DNA of 19,672 nucleotides from a virus (Duplodnaviria; Heunggongvirae; Uroviricota; Caudoviricetes): IMG/VR virus record IMGVR_UViG_2531839666_000030, positions 1 to 19,672 of that record; one strand, 5' to 3'. Shown piece by piece: positions 15,806 to 19,672 of this stretch (position 1 is its first letter; each line of letters starts with the position of its first letter). The notes under the pieces were generated by a model. It saw only the letters and a program-made list of their open reading frames with translations, ran no database searches and was not told where the DNA came from. The position numbers and the translations under genes were made by a program.

Positions 15806-17394
15806 TGGGACGTATAATTGATCTTGACGGAAAACCTTTCTCCTTTGACCCGGAGATGCAGAGTGCCGCGCTGGATATTCCGCAGATTGCCAGCCGTTAT
15901 ATTGAACATCCGGCCTCGGGTATCACCCCGAACCGGGCGGCACAGTGCCTTCGCGGGGCTGAACGTGGCGATCTGATTGCCCAGTCCGATCTGGCCGCTG
16001 ACATTGAAGAAAAGGATACCCACCTTTTTGCAGAGCTGGGCAAGCGACGCCTTGCCATTCAGGGCGTGCCCTGGAGTATTGAGCCGCCACCGAACGCCAG
16101 CGCGAATGAGAAAAAGGACGCGGAAATGCTCGACGAATACCTGCATTCCGCCGACTGGTTTGATGCCATGCTGTTTGATGCCACCGATGCCATCCTGAAA
16201 GGCTATTCCTGCATGGAGATTGAGCACGGGATGCTCGGTAAAATGCACATCATCCGCGCCATCCGCTGGCGTGACAGCGGGCATTTCTGCCTTAACCCGG
16301 ATGATTTGAGCGAACTGCGGCTGCGTGACGGCAGCCATGCCGGGGTGGCGTTTCAGCCCTTTGGCTGGATAGTGCATCAGTCACGTTCACGCACCGGTTA
16401 CGGCGGCGCAACAGGGCTTGTCAGAACGCTTATCTGGCCGTTCATTTTCAAAAACTATTCCGTGCGCGATCTGGCTGAATTTCTGGAGGTGTACGGCCTG
16501 CCGATGAAGGTCGGTAAATACCCGTCCGGGGCAACGCCGGAGCAGAAAAGCGCCCTGATGCGGGCGGTGATGGATATCGGGCGACGTACAGGCGGGATCA
16601 TCCCGGCCGGGATGTCTCTGGAGTTTCAGGCAGCCGCGAACGGTCAGGCCGATCCGTTTGAAACCATGATTTCGTGGGGGGAGCGTTCCATCTCCAAAGC
16701 AATACTCGGCGGCACGCTGACCACGGAAGCCGGAGACAAAGGCGCGCGCTCGCTGGGTGAAGTGCATAACGAGGTGCGCCGGGAAATCAGGGATTCTGAT
16801 TTACGCCAGCTGGCCGCCACGCTGAACCGCGATCTGGTGTATCCGCTGTATGCCCTGAACACCGCCCACGCCATTGATATCCGTCGCCTGCCGCGTATCT
16901 GTTTCCAGACAAAAGAGCCGGGGGATATCACCAAAATCACCAGTGCGGTGATGCAGCTCAGTACGGGGATGGATATTCCTGATCCCTGGGTACGGGAGCA
17001 GACCGGTATTCCACAGCCTGCCCCCGGTGAAGCCATCTTCCGTGTCCGTCAGAGTGGCAATGAACCTGCTCAGACAGACAAAGAGATGCCACCGGAAAAA
17101 CAGGAGAAGACAGAGCAGACAGCGCTGGCTGCCAGACTGCCGGAAGCGAAGAGCAGCCCCCGAGATGAACTGGACGACATGGGGGATGCGGTGCCTGCCC
17201 GCCGGTTACAGGAGGCCATCGACCCGGTACTGGAGCCGGTCATTGATGCCATCAGAACGCGGGGGCTGGCGGAGGCACTGGCAGACCTGCCCGCCCTTTA
17301 CCGTGAAATGGATGATTCCCGCCTGATGACGCTGCTCAGTGATGCCATGTTTGCTGCGGAAATGAAGGGGATGCTGGATGGCACAGGGGATTGA
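15796..17394 (+). CDS. portal protein (Mu gp29/H-like, DUF935 family)
   Basis: 532 aa between terminase and the F-like gene. GTG start overlaps the terminase stop; an alternative GTG lies at 15805. Assignment mainly by size and synteny. Confidence 0.72.
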   Translation: MLVVGRIIDLDGKPFSFDPEMQSAALDIPQIASRYIEHPASGITPNRAAQCLRGAERGDLIAQSDLAADIEEKDTHLFAELGKRRLAIQGVPWSIEPPPNASANEKKDAEMLDEYLHSADWFDAMLFDATDAILKGYSCMEIEHGMLGKMHIIRAIRWRDSGHFCLNPDDLSELRLRDGSHAGVAFQPFGWIVHQSRSRTGYGGATGLVRTLIWPFIFKNYSVRDLAEFLEVYGLPMKVGKYPSGATPEQKSALMRAVMDIGRRTGGIIPAGMSLEFQAAANGQADPFETMISWGERSISKAILGGTLTTEAGDKGARSLGEVHNEVRREIRDSDLRQLAATLNRDLVYPLYALNTAHAIDIRRLPRICFQTKEPGDITKITSAVMQLSTGMDIPDPWVREQTGIPQPAPGEAIFRVRQSGNEPAQTDKEMPPEKQEKTEQTALAARLPEAKSSPRDELDDMGDAVPARRLQEAIDPVLEPVIDAIRTRGLAEALADLPALYREMDDSRLMTLLSDAMFAAEMKGMLDGTGD

Positions 17395-18709
17395 TTTAGG
17401 TTATGCCGCCACGCTTCCCTCAAAAGAGGCGGTGGCATACTTCCGCGCCAAAGGGGCGCATATCAGCTGGAACTGGTTCGAAACAGACGCGGATGTTCAT
17501 GCCCGTTCATTCACGGCGGCAAAAGCGGCACGCCTGGACGTACTGACCACACTACAGGCGGAAGTGCAGCGTGCTGTTGATGAGGGGATTTCACAGAAAG
17601 CATTTATCCGCACACTGACACCCCGCCTGCAAAAGCTGGGATGGTGGGGAAAGCAGATTGTGGTGGACAGCGCCGGTAACGCAGAAGAAGTGCAACTGGG
17701 CAGTCCCCGCCGTCTGGCGCTGATTTACAACGTGAACACCCGCGTGGCTTACAATGCCGGGCGTTACACGCAGATGATGAACAACACGGACACGCATCCG
17801 TTCTGGCAGTATGTGGCGGTGATGGACAGCCGCACCCGCCCGGCGCATTCCGCCCTTAACGGGCTGGTATTCCGCTATGACGATCCGTTCTGGAATACAC
17901 ACTACCCACCCAATGGCTGGAACTGCCGCTGCCGTGTCCGGCCATTGTCTCAGGCCCGTCTGGATGCGATGGGGCTGTCTGTTTCATCCGGTCAGGATCA
18001 TCTTTCCACCCGCAATGTTGAGGCTGGCGTGGATAAGCAGACCGGAGAAGTCAGAGAAATGCCGGTGACCACATATTCAGATGGCACCAGAACCATGACA
18101 CCGGATGTGGGCTGGTCATATAACCCCGGTTCGGCGGCGTTCGGCACAGACCAGGCGCTGATCCGTAAACTGATCGAGGTGAAAAGCCCGGCGCTGCGGG
18201 AAATGGTGGTTCAGGAGATGAACAACAGCCCGGAGCGGCAACTGGCGTTCCGCATCTGGGCAAAAAACATCATGAAAACCCGGCGAGGCGGTAACGATAT
18301 CCGCACGCTGGGCTTTATGACCGAAAGCATTGCGCAGGCGGTGGAAAGCCGGACGGGAACGCCACCGGCCCGCCTGCTGGCGATGAGCGGTAAAAATGTG
18401 CTCCATGCGGACAGCATGAAACATCAGAATGACGGTATCGCCCTGACGCCGGAGGATTTCGGGCGCTTACCGGCAATGCTGGCAAGGCCAAAAGCGGTAC
18501 TGTGGGACAAACGCCACAACAATCTGATGTATATCGTGGAAAGTAAGGATAGCAGTGTGCAGATTGCCGTTAATGCACCGTACAGCCTGAAGCGTCAGCC
18601 GGATAAACTGGATGTGATTGTTAATGCTTACCGGGTTATCAATATGGATAAGCTGAAATCGGATATCCGGGGCGGAATGCTTGAGGTACTGGAAGGAGAT
18701 ATTGATTAA
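17378..18709 (+). CDS. Mu F-like head morphogenesis protein (gp30 / SPP1 gp7 family)
   Basis: 443 aa. Conserved F-domain block WQYVAVMDSRTRPAHSALNGLVFRYDDPFWNTHYPPNGWNCRCRVRP (D.RTRP.H ... PP.H.NCRC). Start overlaps the portal stop. Confidence 0.85.
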   Translation: MAQGIDLGYAATLPSKEAVAYFRAKGAHISWNWFETDADVHARSFTAAKAARLDVLTTLQAEVQRAVDEGISQKAFIRTLTPRLQKLGWWGKQIVVDSAGNAEEVQLGSPRRLALIYNVNTRVAYNAGRYTQMMNNTDTHPFWQYVAVMDSRTRPAHSALNGLVFRYDDPFWNTHYPPNGWNCRCRVRPLSQARLDAMGLSVSSGQDHLSTRNVEAGVDKQTGEVREMPVTTYSDGTRTMTPDVGWSYNPGSAAFGTDQALIRKLIEVKSPALREMVVQEMNNSPERQLAFRIWAKNIMKTRRGGNDIRTLGFMTESIAQAVESRTGTPPARLLAMSGKNVLHADSMKHQNDGIALTPEDFGRLPAMLARPKAVLWDKRHNNLMYIVESKDSSVQIAVNAPYSLKRQPDKLDVIVNAYRVINMDKLKSDIRGGMLEVLEGDID

Positions 18710-18830
18710 CGGTCAGTGGCGGGGGTCGAACCCGCATACATGATCCACCCGGAGGCAGGCACCGACTTTACCAGTTAAGCGTACACTGACCGCCTGTTTA
18801 TTTTATATTCATCCTTTATGCGGAGGCAAT

Positions 18831-19304
18831 ATGTCATCCATTGATGCCGCTGTCGTTGTTGACGTTACGCGTCTCCAGCGGGTCTTTGCCCGGCTTCAGT
18901 TTGTGGGTGGTGGAAAAGACCTGACCCGCAGTGTGGCGTCCAGCCTTCTGTCATCGTCAGAAATGGCGTTTGAACAGGAAAAAGAGCCGGACGGCGAACG
19001 CTGGCATGACTGGTCAGATCCTTACCGCAAGTGGCGTACCCGTAAGGGATACATGCCCGGCAAAATCCTGACGCTGAACGGCGATCTGGCCCGACGCCTG
19101 ACCACGGATTATGGCGATACCTGGGCGCTGATTGGATCAAATGAGCCTTATGCGGCCATTCATCAGTGGGGGGGCCTGCCAGGTATGCCGCCTGGACCGG
19201 CGGCCATTGGTGCACGTCCGTATATGGGCTTTGATCAGGTGGCAGAGCAGGAGATCATGGACGAAATCAGAAAACGCTTTAAAAAGGCCACAGAAACGCC
19301 TTAA
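18831..19304 (+). CDS. Mu G-like virion morphogenesis protein (gp31)
   Basis: 157 aa following F, Shine-Dalgarno GGAGG upstream. Size and position match Mu G; sequence-level recall is weak. Confidence 0.68.
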   Translation: MSSIDAAVVVDVTRLQRVFARLQFVGGGKDLTRSVASSLLSSSEMAFEQEKEPDGERWHDWSDPYRKWRTRKGYMPGKILTLNGDLARRLTTDYGDTWALIGSNEPYAAIHQWGGLPGMPPGPAAIGARPYMGFDQVAEQEIMDEIRKRFKKATETP

Positions 19305-19480
19305 TTGTTTAAGGTATGCAAATGCATTACCTTACCCCCTTCAGGCGCGTGTCGTGATTTTCTAACCTGTATTTAACGGGCTTTAAAATCTGCGTGAAGC
19401 GCCTTTGTATTTTTCCCCTGGAAGCACTTCCTGAAATCCCGCAAAACCCGCCCTGAAAATTCCCGGCTTATGCTGCCGGA

Positions 19481-19672
19481 ATGAAGACGAAAAACACGCC
19501 CAAACTTGCTTATGCCATTCTGAATGCCATCAGCCTGTCCGCAGACGGGGACGGTGACTGGTGTCAGATCATGCCAGCCGGTCGGGTAAAGGCCCGTGAC
19601 GGTCGCCCGGAAAAACCGGCCGAGGGCTGGCTGATCAACCATGCAGCCGTTGAGCGCATGGTCTCCCGGGTT
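19481..19672 (+). CDS. Mu I-like protease/scaffold protein (gp32), 5' partial (runs off the window)
   Basis: Open frame from ATG 19481 to the window end with no stop: MKTKNTPKLAYAILNAISLSADGDGDWCQIMPAGRVKARDGRPEKPAEGW. The W.Q.MPAG...RDGRP pattern matches the Mu I family N-terminus as recalled. Not in the ORF track because it lacks a stop. Confidence 0.65.
   Translation, partial: MKTKNTPKLAYAILNAISLSADGDGDWCQIMPAGRVKARDGRPEKPAEGWLINHAAVERMVSRV

Larger units (their letters stand above)
993..19672 (+). mobile_element. Mu-like transposable prophage, left end through head morphogenesis genes (right end beyond window)
   Basis: Begins with 5'-TG at the point where kefC homology stops. Gene order c(-), ner, A, B, accessory region with gam, gemA, mor, lys, spanins, gp27-like, terminase, portal, F, G, I matches phage Mu synteny. 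No integrase is present; a DDE transposase and MuB-like ATPase are. Confidence 0.92.

Noticed and set aside
15778-16377. 199-aa reverse-strand ORF
   Set aside because: Antisense to the terminase/portal genes, which are strongly supported by synteny; no independent support.
18710-18792. Canonical tRNA gene on the minus strand
   Set aside because: Acceptor-like stem and a convincing T-arm exist, but no 5-7-5 anticodon arm can be formed from the 48 nt between them and there is no CCA. Kept only as a tRNA-like element finding.
1-19672. CRISPR array, integrase, IS element or rRNA
   Set aside because: No spacer-repeat periodicity, no tyrosine or serine recombinase ORF, no IS-type terminal inverted repeats with their own transposase, and no rRNA-like conserved stretches seen. 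Mobility is accounted for by the Mu-type transposase A/B.

Overview
The window holds about 1 kb of host DNA (the 5' part of kefC, an E. coli-type glutathione-gated K+ efflux gene) followed by roughly 18.7 kb of a Mu-like transposable prophage inserted into kefC near position 993. The prophage runs left end to head genes in Mu order: left-end transposase-binding repeats, repressor c (minus strand), operator region, ner, DDE transposase A, AAA+ ATPase B, an accessory block of about 14 unknown genes with gam in the middle, gemA, a Mor/C-family activator, a lysis cassette (SAR-type endolysin plus overlapping spanins), a TraR/DksA-like zinc finger, then gp27-like protein, large terminase, portal, F, G and the start of I. 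The right prophage end lies outside the window. I found no CRISPR array, rRNA or canonical tRNA. The best candidates for an undescribed system are the unassigned accessory genes between B and gemA: a tightly coupled four-gene cluster (7328-9477) and an AT-rich cluster of four small genes, two with a predicted membrane segment (9474-10506). I could not assign either a function from sequence alone. Other points of interest are a tRNA-like structured element between F and G, the G-I intergenic region where Mu carries its strong gyrase site, and the lack of a separate C gene between mor and lys. All calls come from reading the sequence and recalled family knowledge; no database search was run.
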